Source: Candidatus Magasanikbacteria bacterium CG10_big_fil_rev_8_21_14_0_10_36_32
GTDB lineage: Bacteria; Patescibacteriota; Patescibacteriia; Magasanikbacterales; GWA2-37-8
Length of the DNA stretch: 64,000 nt
NCBI GenBank assembly: GCA_002778465.1
Contig: PFBV01000005.1
Coordinates: 7,534 to 71,533, forward strand
Direction: 5' to 3'
The number at the start of each line of letters is the position of its first letter. The first letter of the stretch is position 1. Positions 16,913 through 25,725 of the stretch are shown here, piece after piece. The position numbers were made by a program, and so were the translations under genes. The notes beneath the pieces were generated by a model that saw only the letters and a list, made by a program, of their open reading frames with translations, was not told the DNA's origin and did no database searches.

Positions 16913-18148
16913 GTGGTTAACTTTATAATATTTATGCCTCAAATTAAACCGGTAATTGAAACATTTGCCAAGATAAAAGTTATTGGTATCGGCGGTTCCG
17001 GCGGCTCGGCGGTTAATCGTATGATTAATGCCAAAATTAAAGGTGTTGATTTTATTGCTATGAATACCGATGTCCAATCGTTGGGACATAGTTTGGCATC
17101 ACAAAAAATACATATCGGAAAGACAGTTACTCGAGGTTTGGGAGCGGGTATGGATCCGGAACAAGGACGCAAAGCGGCTGAAGAAGCTCAAAATGAAATT
17201 CGTGAAGTTGTTAAAGATACAGATATGGTATTTATCACCTGTGGTTTAGGGGGTGGTACCGGTTCTGGAGCCAGTCCTGTAGTAGCAGAAGCGGCGAGGG
17301 AAGCTGGGGCTTTAACTGTGGCAGTGGTAACAAAACCTTTTTCTTTTGAAGGTGTTAAACGCCGTGAAATTGCAGAAAAGGCTTGGGAAAATTTAGCTAA
17401 AAATGTTGACGCAATAATTACTGTTCCTAACGAGAGAATTGGTCAAGTTATTGATAAACAAACAACCATGTTAGACGCTTTTAAAATTGCTGATGATGTT
17501 TTACGACAAGGTGTACAAGGTATTTCAGAATTAATCACAATGCACGGCATAATTAATGTTGATTTTGCCGACGTTAAAACAATTATGCGTGATACTGGTT
17601 CTGCTTTGATGGGTATTGGAATTGGTAAAGGAGAAAACAGAGCGATTGAAGCGGCTAAAATGGCTATTTCTAGTCCGTTATTAGAATTATCAATTGATGG
17701 TGCTCGTGGAATTTTATTTATTATTACAGGTGGTTCTGATGTGGCCATGAGTGAGATAGATGAGGCAGCAAAAATTATCACTTCATCAGCCGCTGAGGAT
17801 GCAAAGATAATTTTTGGTGTTATTATTGATGAAGAAATGAAGAAAGATGAAATTAAAATTACTGTAATAGCCACCGGTTTTGATGATAGACAACCGTTAA
17901 CAAATGCTGAAGACGCTTTTTTTCATTATCCTTTTTTTGGCGGTAAAAAAACAACATCAGATAATAAAAAAAATGAAGATAATGAAGATAATAAAAATCC
18001 CGAGTTGTTGGTTAAAAAAGCAAAACCGGCAGCTGATATTACGCCGGTGGGAATTTCTGAACACAAGAAACCCGCCGCAGCCAGTGCTGTGGAAAATGAA
18101 GAAGAATTGGAAATCCCGACGTTTCTTAGACGAAAAATGGGTATATAA
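16913..18148 (+). CDS. ftsZ: Cell division GTPase FtsZ.
   Basis: The tubulin signature GGGTGSGASPVVAE is present, as is IKVIGIGGSGGSAVNRM. An alternative start MPQIKP lies at nt 16934. Confidence 0.9.
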   Translation: MVNFIIFMPQIKPVIETFAKIKVIGIGGSGGSAVNRMINAKIKGVDFIAMNTDVQSLGHSLASQKIHIGKTVTRGLGAGMDPEQGRKAAEEAQNEIREVVKDTDMVFITCGLGGGTGSGASPVVAEAAREAGALTVAVVTKPFSFEGVKRREIAEKAWENLAKNVDAIITVPNERIGQVIDKQTTMLDAFKIADDVLRQGVQGISELITMHGIINVDFADVKTIMRDTGSALMGIGIGKGENRAIEAAKMAISSPLLELSIDGARGILFIITGGSDVAMSEIDEAAKIITSSAAEDAKIIFGVIIDEEMKKDEIKITVIATGFDDRQPLTNAEDAFFHYPFFGGKKTTSDNKKNEDNEDNKNPELLVKKAKPAADITPVGISEHKKPAAASAVENEEELEIPTFLRRKMGI

Positions 18149-18150
18149 TT

Positions 18151-18615
18151 ATGCGTTGTCCTGTTTGTAAAAGCAAGGAAACAAGCGTGGTAGACAGTCG
18201 CACCGGAAGCGACGGATTAACTGTCCGCCGTCGCCGTGAATGCGCCAAATGTCATTTTAGATTTTCTACTGTTGAAGAAATTGAATTGTTGGATATTGTA
18301 GTGGTAAAAAGTGATGGGCGACGGGAAAGTTATATGCGAAGTAAAGTTGAGGTTGGTATCAGAATATCTTTAAGTAAATGTTCATATACAGCTGAAAATT
18401 TCAGTCGACTGATACACGCGGTTGAGCGTGATATTCAAAAAAAACGAAAAAGAGAAATTTCCAGTCAAGATATTGGTGAGATTGTAATGCGTCATTTGCA
18501 TAGTTTTAATAAAGTTGCTTACATTCGCTTTGCCAGTGTCTATCGTGATTTTAAGGATGTTAAAACTTTTGAGAAAGAATTAAAGAAAATAGCCAGCAGT
18601 AAGGCGACAAAATAA
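18151..18615 (+). CDS. nrdR: Transcriptional repressor NrdR (zinc ribbon plus ATP-cone).
   Basis: MRCPVCKSKETSVVDSRTGSDGLTVRRRRECAKCHFRFSTVEE gives the CxxC...CxxC zinc ribbon followed by an ATP-cone. Confidence 0.85.
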   Translation: MRCPVCKSKETSVVDSRTGSDGLTVRRRRECAKCHFRFSTVEEIELLDIVVVKSDGRRESYMRSKVEVGIRISLSKCSYTAENFSRLIHAVERDIQKKRKREISSQDIGEIVMRHLHSFNKVAYIRFASVYRDFKDVKTFEKELKKIASSKATK

Positions 18616-18649
18616 TTGGTTAATTTAAATTAAAATTTTTTCATAGGCT

Positions 18650-19054
18650 ATGGAAAAAATAGATAAAAAAAATGAAACAGAGGTTAAAGAAAAAAAAGAA
18701 GTGATGGAAAACGAAGAAAATTTGAGAGAATTACTGGAAAAAAATTTAAAATGGTCTCAGATTATTTATGAACAAACTCGGCGTTTGAATCGCCAGCTTT
18801 TTTGGAATTCAATTTTTGGTTGGGTTAAATTGATTATTATTATTGCCCCGTTAGTTGTAGGTGTTTGGTATTTTTGGCCAAGTATTAAAAACGTCCAGCA
18901 GCAATATGTGGATATCATTGAGTTAATGAATAATACTACTAGTAGTCTCAATAATGGAAAAGTGCAGATAGATAATTCCACTGTGGATAAAATTTTAAAA
19001 ATGTTGCCGTTAAATTCCGGAATGGAAGAACAATTTAAGGCTATGATAAAATAG
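18650..19054 (+). CDS. Hypothetical membrane protein with one transmembrane helix and a Lys/Glu-rich N-terminus.
   Basis: Single hydrophobic segment KLIIIIAPLVVGVWYFW. No recognisable motif. Confidence 0.4.
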   Translation: MEKIDKKNETEVKEKKEVMENEENLRELLEKNLKWSQIIYEQTRRLNRQLFWNSIFGWVKLIIIIAPLVVGVWYFWPSIKNVQQQYVDIIELMNNTTSSLNNGKVQIDNSTVDKILKMLPLNSGMEEQFKAMIK

Positions 19055-19058
19055 TTAT

Positions 19059-20390
19059 ATGTTTAAACGAACAAAAATAGTTGCCACCATTGGTCCGAGT
19101 TCTCAAAAATATAATGTTTTAGAAAAAATGGTCAAAGCGGGAATGAATGTTACTCGCTTGAATTTTTCACATGGTAGTTATGAAAATCATGCTACTTTAA
19201 TTAATAATATTCGCAAAGCGGAAAAAAAATTAGGAGAACCGGTGGCAATTATGCAGGATTTGCAGGGTCCAAAAATAAGATTGGGAACATTGCCGGAAAA
19301 AGGTGTTTTGATAAAAACTGGGCAAAAAATTGTGATTAATACCGCTCAAAAAGAATATACTGACAATGAGTTACCTTTGGATTATCCTGATTTACATAAA
19401 TTTTTAAAAATAGGGCATCGTATTTTGATTGATGACGGACATGCTGAAATGAAAGTTTTAAAAATTGAAGGGACAAAAGTTTATTGTCGGGTAACGGATG
19501 GTTATTTATTAAAAACACACAAAGGTCTTAATTTACCGGATTCTAAATTACCGATTTCAGTTTTGAGTGAAAAAGATAAAAATGATTTATTATTTGGTGT
19601 AAAGATGGGAGTGGATGCGGTCGCATTATCTTTTGTCAGTAATGCTAAAGATATTAAAGTGGCTCGCGCTTTGATTAAAAAATATGAAAAGAAACTTCGT
19701 ATAAAAGATAAATATCCGATTTTTATTGTAGCTAAAATAGAGCGGCACGAAGCATTAACAAATATTGATGAGATTATTGCTGAAGCTGATGGAATTATGG
19801 TGGCTCGAGGAGATTTGGCAATGGAAACAACAATGTCGGAAATGCCGTTAATCCAGAAAACCATAATTGAAAAAGCAAACAGGTTGATAAAGCCGGTTAT
19901 TGTGGCTACGCAAATGCTTGATTCAATGCAACAAAATCGTCGACCAACTCGCGCTGAAATTACTGATGTGGCCAATGCGGTGATTGATCACGCCGATGCT
20001 TTAATGTTGAGTAATGAATCGGCTGTGGGAAAGTTTCCAATTGAAACGGTTGAAATGATGGCGGAAATTATAACATCTACGGAAGAATCAAAATATGATG
20101 ATGTTGATCCCAATCAGGAAGTTCATCCGCATACTTCTATCAGTAAAGCGGTTGCCGGTTTGTCTGGTTTGTTAGCTAAAGAAGTTGGAGCAAAAGCTAT
20201 TTTGGTGGCATCAGCCACTGGACATACTGGTCGTTTGGTCAGTCGTGTTCGCCCGGAATTGCCGATTTTTGTTGGAGTAGAATCCATCCGTGCTGGCCGC
20301 CATCTGTGTTTGTCTTGGGGGGTTCGTCCGTTTTTGTTGCCGATTAGCCGTAGTATTGAAGCATTATTAAAAAGGGGGATAGAGTGGTAG
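19059..20390 (+). CDS. pyk: Pyruvate kinase. The extreme C-terminus is displaced into another frame after an A5G5 homopolymer near 20370; the true stop is near 20458.
   Basis: MFKRTKIVATIGPSS and NVTRLNFSHGSYENH are present. Downstream, in a different frame, reads KGDRVVVVTGEPLGRPGSTNLLEVKEVK*, the conserved PK C-terminal strand. Confidence 0.85.
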   Translation: MFKRTKIVATIGPSSQKYNVLEKMVKAGMNVTRLNFSHGSYENHATLINNIRKAEKKLGEPVAIMQDLQGPKIRLGTLPEKGVLIKTGQKIVINTAQKEYTDNELPLDYPDLHKFLKIGHRILIDDGHAEMKVLKIEGTKVYCRVTDGYLLKTHKGLNLPDSKLPISVLSEKDKNDLLFGVKMGVDAVALSFVSNAKDIKVARALIKKYEKKLRIKDKYPIFIVAKIERHEALTNIDEIIAEADGIMVARGDLAMETTMSEMPLIQKTIIEKANRLIKPVIVATQMLDSMQQNRRPTRAEITDVANAVIDHADALMLSNESAVGKFPIETVEMMAEIITSTEESKYDDVDPNQEVHPHTSISKAVAGLSGLLAKEVGAKAILVASATGHTGRLVSRVRPELPIFVGVESIRAGRHLCLSWGVRPFLLPISRSIEALLKRGIEW

Positions 20391-20477
20391 TGGTGACAGG
20401 TGAACCGTTGGGAAGACCTGGCAGCACGAATTTGTTGGAAGTTAAGGAAGTAAAATAAAAAAACTAATACCCATTTA

Positions 20478-20499
20478 AATACCCATTTAAATGGGTATT
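20478..20499. terminator. Perfect 22-nt palindrome AATACCCATTTAAATGGGTATT followed by a T-run. A bidirectional terminator-like element with an identical copy at 61343-61364.
   Basis: Read directly from the sequence. It is preceded by an overlapping direct repeat aatacccatttaaat at 20466-20480. Confidence 0.5.
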
Positions 20500-20532
20500 T
20501 TATTTTTGAAATATAAATTATACGTTGGTTAT

Positions 20533-20567
20533 TGACAGTTGTGGTGGTCAAGCGTATACTCTATTTA
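20533..20567 (+). promoter_or_regulatory. Candidate sigma70 promoter TTGACA-N17-TATACT upstream of the 20592 gene.
   Basis: aTTGACAgttgtggtggtcaagcgTATACTc read directly from the sequence. Confidence 0.3.
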
Positions 20568-20591
20568 ATTCTTTATTAATTTATATATAAT

Positions 20592-21104
20592 ATGACAATT
20601 AAACCGAAGTTTGTCGTCGTCAGTTTGCTGTTTTGTTTATTGGGTGTGGCGGCGATTTTTTATTTTTCTTATTGGTTTAATTTAAAACAAGATCGTGTTT
20701 TGATTGGTTTGGCTGATTCACACTTTCCATATCCTGATTATACGACCGAAGAATTGGAAAATTTATATCCGCAAAATCCGAACGAAAATGTGGTCACTGT
20801 TCAAACACCGGAACAAACCCATGCTAAATTTATTACCGCCCTGAAAGCGGGGGATATCACCGGCGCAGTGGAGTGTTGTGTGGTGAGGGAAGAATGGTCG
20901 AGAATGAAAACGCGCTTATTGGATATCAATAAAAATAAAAAAATTGGCATGATGCTCGCTGATATAGAAACAATTGAAATAGAGATGATATTACCTACTA
21001 CGGCGGTGTATACATATAGAATAACAGCACAAGGACAAAAGTTTGGCAATTCAATGGTTTTTAACAAAAACTCCAAAGGTGTTTGGTTAATTGAATCATT
21101 TTAA
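20592..21104 (+). CDS. Hypothetical protein with an N-terminal signal anchor.
   Basis: N-terminal hydrophobic segment FVVVSLLFCLLGVAAIFYF. No motif recognised. Confidence 0.4.
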   Translation: MTIKPKFVVVSLLFCLLGVAAIFYFSYWFNLKQDRVLIGLADSHFPYPDYTTEELENLYPQNPNENVVTVQTPEQTHAKFITALKAGDITGAVECCVVREEWSRMKTRLLDINKNKKIGMMLADIETIEIEMILPTTAVYTYRITAQGQKFGNSMVFNKNSKGVWLIESF

Positions 21105-21110
21105 TTTTAC

Positions 21111-23546
21111 TTGATGAAACTTCCAAAAATCATCAAGATTATTCTACCGGTATTGGCAGTTATTTTTTTATTTGGCAGAATCGAATTTGTTTTCGGTTAT
21201 GATGATCAAGTCGCCCATCCGAATATCGCCGAATTAGCGGCTGAATTATATAACCAAAACTTTGAACCGGATTTAACCGTTGAAGAAATTGGTTGGATTA
21301 AACAAGGATCAAGAGAAGAAGATTCTCCCACTCGTTGGTTTAACCATTTTTACGATCCTGTTTATGGCAACGGTTTTAATGATATGATTGGAATGAATTT
21401 AGTTAATTTAAGTTTTACTTCGGCCAAAGATTGGGTTGTAACTCCATCTAAACAGGTTGATTTTTCTTTGGGCGATCGTAGTTGGCCGCGTGGTTTAGCG
21501 GATTTTAGTCAAAACAATCGCCAAATGGCTTTTATTGAACTTGGTCACGTTATTCATCTTATTTCTGATATGGCTGTGCCGGCGCATACCCGCAACAGTG
21601 AACATGTCGGTGATCCTTTTGAAGCGTTTGTTAAAAACAATTGGACAAGCATCGTCAAACAATTAAATTATAATTTTATCGCGGTTGATAATTTAGATAA
21701 TGCTTTTATAGCCTTGGCAAAATATTCAAATAATAATTTCTATAGTGAGAAAACAATTGAAAGTGAAAAATATAAAATAATACCAATTATTAAACAAACA
21801 ATTATTGCAAATGATAAAATATTGTTTATTTCAAAAAACGAAGATGATCAATTAATTAATCTGTATGTGGCTAATAAAAAAGGCGAATGGGAATCTCCTT
21901 CTTATCAATCTACATCAATAATTAATAATTACAATGTTCTTTTAAGTTACTCCACACATCTCCTCCCCAAAGCTATTGGTTATAGCGCGGGAGTGATTAA
22001 ATTATTTATTGATGAAGGCAACAAGAAAATCGCTGCTGACGAAGACAAAACAATTTGGCAGAAAATGACAGACAGCGAATTACCTTTAAATCGCATTAGC
22101 ACAAAAGGAATTTTTAATCGGGTGTTGGGGTATGTGATTAGCGGAGCAGAAAAGACGATGAATTATTTTGGTGCTGCGCAAAAGATAGAACCGTCTTTAG
22201 CTCAAGGTAAACCGGACGAACCTCAATTAGAAAAAGAGCTATCAGTTATACCGCCTGTTGAAATTAAACAAAAAATTACACCGATTGTAAACACTGTTGC
22301 ATTACAATCAGTTAAGCCGGCTCAGCCAGTAATCATAGAAAGTTCAGTTGTAAACGAACAATTGATTGTTGAACAACCCATAATTGCAGTACCTGTCACA
22401 GAATCGTTAATCTCGCCGGTTATAATAATTCCTGCACCACAACAAATAGAACCGCTTAAAGTTTTTAGTTGTAATGGTTGTGGAGGTGTAAAAGATGTTG
22501 TGGAACCTGTGGTTGTGGCTGTGGAAGAGGCTATAGTGTCCATTGTAGAAACTTCGGCTGTTATTGAAGAAGTTGCCACCACGACATCTGTTGTAGACAT
22601 TTCCACTGTCACCGTTGAAATTGCAACTACTACTGAACCCGTGATTGAAGAAACTACAACCACGTTGGAAATTCCTGAAATGATTATAATGTTACCTCCA
22701 CAGCTGGACATTATTTTTAACACTACTACTTATACAACTTCAAGTGTGATAAAGATTTTTGGTGAGTGTGCCACTAATACATTATCTATACAAGTTTTTC
22801 GTGTAGATGAAACAACACCACTATCCGAACCAGAATTGATGGTTTGGGTGATGCCTGTTATTAATTTGTCATCATGGCAAGTTGAAATGCAAATTAATAA
22901 TGGCGAAAGTTTGTTTTATTTTGTTGCGGTCGGCTCAACTACTAGTTCGTTATTTTCTGAGTCGGCGAAATTTGTCAAATCAGTTCCGTCGGCGGAAGCA
23001 GAACCAGATTTACCTGAATATATTTTTACTACGTTTGATGATACAGAAGTTGTCAGTACCGCATTGTCGCCATCCGGAGCCGGTTCCGCCATATTTCAAG
23101 TTGTAAAAGCTCCTATAACAGGTATAGTTTATTCTCTCAATACTAAAATTCAAAAATATATTCCACCAAACACTACACGCCCATGGTATCATAATTCATC
23201 TTGGAAAGCCGTGGTTGTGAATGTGTCTTCTGAGACAGGGGATGAATGTGGAATAGCAACACATCGTATCGTTGAATCAGATAATGCTGTTGATGCTCCT
23301 GATAATTTGACAGAAATCACGTTTAATTTTGCATCTACTACTGTACAGAAAGATTCGTTTTATTGTTTTATGATTTACAGAAGTTATGGTTTTACTAATA
23401 AAGCTTGGATAAATATTTTAGACAAATCACCGGCTGATATTTATTCTGGTGGCAACGCTTTGCTTAATGGTAGTACTATTGATGCCGATATTTGGATGAA
23501 AATTCCGATTAAACCAACCCAAGAGGAAATTCCGGAATTGACGTAG
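21111..23546 (+). CDS. Membrane-anchored 811-aa protein. It has an N-terminal zinc-dependent phospholipase C / P1-nuclease-like domain, a low-complexity Pro/Val/Ile/Glu/Thr linker and an uncharacterised C-terminal domain.
   Basis: The motifs WFNHFYDP and AFIELGHVIHLISDMAVPAHTRN align with Bacillus cereus PLC HFYDP and AFFYLGLSLHYLGDVNQPMHAAN, which are zinc-ligand regions. The N-terminal hydrophobic segment is IIKIILPVLAVIFLFG. Confidence 0.6.
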   Translation: MMKLPKIIKIILPVLAVIFLFGRIEFVFGYDDQVAHPNIAELAAELYNQNFEPDLTVEEIGWIKQGSREEDSPTRWFNHFYDPVYGNGFNDMIGMNLVNLSFTSAKDWVVTPSKQVDFSLGDRSWPRGLADFSQNNRQMAFIELGHVIHLISDMAVPAHTRNSEHVGDPFEAFVKNNWTSIVKQLNYNFIAVDNLDNAFIALAKYSNNNFYSEKTIESEKYKIIPIIKQTIIANDKILFISKNEDDQLINLYVANKKGEWESPSYQSTSIINNYNVLLSYSTHLLPKAIGYSAGVIKLFIDEGNKKIAADEDKTIWQKMTDSELPLNRISTKGIFNRVLGYVISGAEKTMNYFGAAQKIEPSLAQGKPDEPQLEKELSVIPPVEIKQKITPIVNTVALQSVKPAQPVIIESSVVNEQLIVEQPIIAVPVTESLISPVIIIPAPQQIEPLKVFSCNGCGGVKDVVEPVVVAVEEAIVSIVETSAVIEEVATTTSVVDISTVTVEIATTTEPVIEETTTTLEIPEMIIMLPPQLDIIFNTTTYTTSSVIKIFGECATNTLSIQVFRVDETTPLSEPELMVWVMPVINLSSWQVEMQINNGESLFYFVAVGSTTSSLFSESAKFVKSVPSAEAEPDLPEYIFTTFDDTEVVSTALSPSGAGSAIFQVVKAPITGIVYSLNTKIQKYIPPNTTRPWYHNSSWKAVVVNVSSETGDECGIATHRIVESDNAVDAPDNLTEITFNFASTTVQKDSFYCFMIYRSYGFTNKAWINILDKSPADIYSGGNALLNGSTIDADIWMKIPIKPTQEEIPELT

Positions 23547-23850
23547 TTGATTTTTTCAAATCGGTTGTTGATGCGACAGCTGATTTTGTATATAATTATG
23601 CCAGCTCATTAAAATATATCCGACAGGAGATAAAAAATGACTCGGAAAATACCGGATTTTATGATTGTGCTATTAGTAGTGGTAATCACATTCATATTTT
23701 TATTTTTTTGTGGGGAGTTGCCATAGTGGCGCTTTTTTTATTGATATCCTATGGTATTACTCGTTTAGTGATGAAGTGTTAAAAAATATATCAACATCGC
23801 AAAGTCGTCCGTAAACAGCGACAACAAGCATTTCGCGCAGAACATACAAA

Positions 23851-24087
23851 ATGATTAAAATAATCAGGCATAGTTTGATTGCCACCGTCGGTTTGATGGC
23901 AGGCGCTTTATTGACTCGGCAATTATCTTTTCCATGGATTGTTATTGGTGCGATAATTTGGGGAATTTCTTCTTTGATTTTCGATTATCCGCTTAATCCA
24001 TTGTATTGGTTTTTGGGACAAATCGGATTGACATTTTGTCTTGTTTTTTGTGTGATATTTCATATGAGCAAGAAAATGCATCATTAG
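23851..24087 (+). CDS. Small (78 aa) membrane protein with two or three helices, hypothetical.
   Basis: Hydrophobicity pattern only. Confidence 0.35.
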   Translation: MIKIIRHSLIATVGLMAGALLTRQLSFPWIVIGAIIWGISSLIFDYPLNPLYWFLGQIGLTFCLVFCVIFHMSKKMHH

Positions 24088-24119
24088 CCTTATTGTCGAT
24101 GATATTAACTTGTTCTTTT

Positions 24120-24147
24120 AACCCCGATTTATATCGGGGTTTTTTAT
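24120..24147 (+). terminator. Intrinsic terminator (aaccccgatttatatcggggtttttt).
   Basis: GC stem CCCCG/CGGGG followed by a T-run, directly after the 78-aa ORF. Confidence 0.6.
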
Positions 24148-24212
24148 TATTTAAATCAAGTTATCAACCCTTTACTAAAATAGCTAAAATCTGATAAAAT
24201 TAGTATATTCAT

Positions 24213-25208
24213 ATGAATATTATAGATAAAATTAAAACAGCTAAATTGACCGGTAGAGGCGGGGCTGATTTTCCTACAGCTACGAAATGGCAAGGAGTTT
24301 TAAAAGCCCATTCAAAATATCCCGACAAACCGGTTTATGTTGTTTGTAATGCTACTGAAGGTGAACCTGGAATTGAAAAGGATAAATTTATTCTTCAAAA
24401 TTATCCGGAAAAAATGTTGGCCGGAATGAAAATTGCTATGGAAACATTGGGAGCGGAAAAAGGTTATATTTATTTGAATCCGGTTTATTATAAAAAATTT
24501 GCCGCTAAATTAAAAAAAATCATAGGTAAATTGCCGATTGAATTTTTTGTTGAATATGGCGGATATATTTGTGGTGAGGAAACGGTATTATTAGAAACAA
24601 TTGAAGGTAACCGTTCTGAGCCACGTTTGAAACCGCCGTTTCCTACCGAGCGAGGATTATTTAGTTGTCCAACCTTGGTAAATAATGTTGAAACATTCTA
24701 CTATGTTGCTGAAATTGCCGATGGCGCATATCAACAGACAAGATTTTATTATGTGGGTGGTGATGTAAAGAATTCCGGAGTTTATGAATTGCCGATTCAT
24801 TTAAGTATCGGAAAAATTTTAGATGAAACTAAAAATTCTCCGCCATTTGAATTTTTTATTCAGGCTGGCGGCGGCGCATCCGGTGAAATTTTAACCAGTG
24901 GCGAGTTAGATATACCATTAAAAGGAGCTGGTTCAATTATTGTTTATAATTTTAAAAAAACAAAAACATTATTATTGATTAAAAACTGGGTAGAGTTTTT
25001 TTACAAGAGTAATTGTGGAAAATGCGCGCCATGTCGGGAAGGTTTTTTTCGTTTGCGTCAATTGTTAAAATGTCGGCAGTTAAATATAGCTTTGTTGCGC
25101 GCTTTGGTTCAAACAATGAAAGACGCCAGTTTTTGTCCTTTGGGACGCAGTATTTGGTTGCCAACCGTCGGTTTGTTGGAGAAAATTGGTTTGAATAATA
25201 AAAAATAA
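24213..25208 (+). CDS. NuoF/HydB-like flavoprotein subunit (NADH-binding 51 kDa subunit family), short form.
   Basis: LTGRGGADFPTATKW, EYGGYICGEETVLLETIEGNRSEPRLKPPFPTERGLFSCPTLVNNVETFYYV and the 4Fe-4S motif CGKCAPCREG are all present. Confidence 0.75.
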   Translation: MNIIDKIKTAKLTGRGGADFPTATKWQGVLKAHSKYPDKPVYVVCNATEGEPGIEKDKFILQNYPEKMLAGMKIAMETLGAEKGYIYLNPVYYKKFAAKLKKIIGKLPIEFFVEYGGYICGEETVLLETIEGNRSEPRLKPPFPTERGLFSCPTLVNNVETFYYVAEIADGAYQQTRFYYVGGDVKNSGVYELPIHLSIGKILDETKNSPPFEFFIQAGGGASGEILTSGELDIPLKGAGSIIVYNFKKTKTLLLIKNWVEFFYKSNCGKCAPCREGFFRLRQLLKCRQLNIALLRALVQTMKDASFCPLGRSIWLPTVGLLEKIGLNNKK

Positions 25209-25212
25209 TTTT

Positions 25213-25719
25213 ATGGAAAATGTAGGAGCTTTAAAAAAAGAAAAAATATCGGCCATCGGACAATTTTTGTTAATTTTAGGAGGTTTGATGGTTGTGCCAA
25301 TGTTTCCCAATCAGTTATTTTCTGGCCCATTGGTAAATGCCTTACTTTTTATTGTGACTGTTTTTCTTGGTTTGCGCAGTGGAATCATTTTATCTTTTGT
25401 GCCAAGTTTAATGGCTTTATTTGGCGGTTTGTTGCCGGCTATTATGGCGCCATTTATCCCATTTATTATAATAAGCAATATTATTATGGTAGTTTTATTT
25501 CATTATGTCCGACGGAAGAACTACTGGTTAGGTGTTGGTGCTGGCGGTGTGGTGAAATTTTTATTCTTAACTGTTAGCATTCAATTATATTTTCAACTTT
25601 TTTTAAACAAACCGATAACGCAGGCGATAGTGACCATGATGTCGTGGAATCAACTTTACTCAGCATTAATGGGAGGAGTTATTGCTTTTGTGTTTTTGAA
25701 ATTTGTTAAGAGAATTTAA
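25213..25719 (+). CDS. Polytopic membrane protein (about five transmembrane helices) of unknown function, embedded in the hydrogenase cluster.
   Basis: Hydrophobic helices throughout. No motif recognised. Confidence 0.4.
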   Translation: MENVGALKKEKISAIGQFLLILGGLMVVPMFPNQLFSGPLVNALLFIVTVFLGLRSGIILSFVPSLMALFGGLLPAIMAPFIPFIIISNIIMVVLFHYVRRKNYWLGVGAGGVVKFLFLTVSIQLYFQLFLNKPITQAIVTMMSWNQLYSALMGGVIAFVFLKFVKRI

Positions 25720-25725
25720 TGAATT

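Noticed and set aside
22322-22723. 133-aa minus-strand ORF.
   Set aside because: It is antisense to the low-complexity P/V/I/E/T linker of the 811-aa protein. Repetitive sequence often yields open antisense frames.
23636-23782. Possible small membrane-protein gene (MTRKIPDFMIVLLVVVITFIFLFFCGELP, then VALFLLISYGITRLVMKC in the next frame).
   Set aside because: It is interrupted at a T-homopolymer, so it is either a frameshifted tiny gene or chance. It is too short and unsupported to call.
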